A stretch of 64,000 nt of DNA from the human T2T-CHM13v2.0 reference genome, Homo sapiens: the NCBI RefSeq assembly GCF_009914755.1, contig NC_060937.1; one strand, 5' to 3'. The notes under the pieces are model-generated. The model worked only from the letters and a program-made list of their open reading frames with translations, was not told where the DNA came from and searched no databases. The position numbers and the translations under genes are program-made. Below, piece after piece: positions 63,555-64,000 of this stretch. Each line of letters opens with the position of its first letter. Within the stretch, counting starts at the first letter, position 1.

Positions 63555-64000
63555 TTAAAACATTTATTAATACAGTTGTACATATTTATGGGGTACGTGT
63601 GACACAAGCATACAATGTATAATGATCAAATCTGATAACTGAACTAACCATCAGTTCAAACACTTATCATTTCTTTGTGTTGGCAATATTCCAAACCTAT
63701 TATTCCAGTTATTTTGAAATTTACAATAAATGATTGTTAACTATAGATGCGCTATTGTGTTACCAAACACTAGATCTTATTATTGCTATGCAAATGTATT
63801 TTTCTACCAATTAATGAAACCCACTTTACCCTTCCAACCCTCTGGTAACCATCATGCTATTCACTGCCTCCATGAGATCAATTTCTTTTTTTAGTTCCCA
63901 CATATGAGAAGATGCAACACTTGTCTTTCTGTGCCTGGTTTATTACACTTAACATAATATCCTCCAGTTCCATCCATGTTATTGCAAATGACAGAATTTC
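63555..64000 (-). mobile_element. L1MA-type 3' end (continues beyond the window)
   Basis: gtacatatttatggggtac..tataatgatcaaatc..cctccagttccatccatgttattgcaaatgacagaatttc. Confidence 0.9.

Overview
AT-rich, CpG-poor primate genomic DNA, almost certainly human because it contains an L1HS pre-Ta-type 3' end. It looks intronic or intergenic. I recognise no protein-coding exon, RNA gene or CpG island; all ORFs over about 120 aa lie in repeats (mostly LINE-1 ORF2 remnants) or low-complexity DNA. The window is dominated by interspersed repeats: L1PA/L1HS, old L1M, Alu, MaLR LTRs, an ERVL provirus remnant, L2, MIR and DNA transposons. I see no new protein-based system. The unusual signal is a cluster of atypical L1-mediated events at about 24-45 kb. 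These are a pre-Ta L1 with a 14-nt 3' transduction, a TSD-flanked orphan polyadenylated insert, a tail-less and TSD-less L1, a fold-back 5' inversion and a scrambled L1/non-L1 chimeric insertion. In addition, three L1PA4-like copies spread over 7-43 kb share apparently non-consensus bases. Repeat subfamily names come from recalled consensus sequences, and boundaries of old repeats are approximate.
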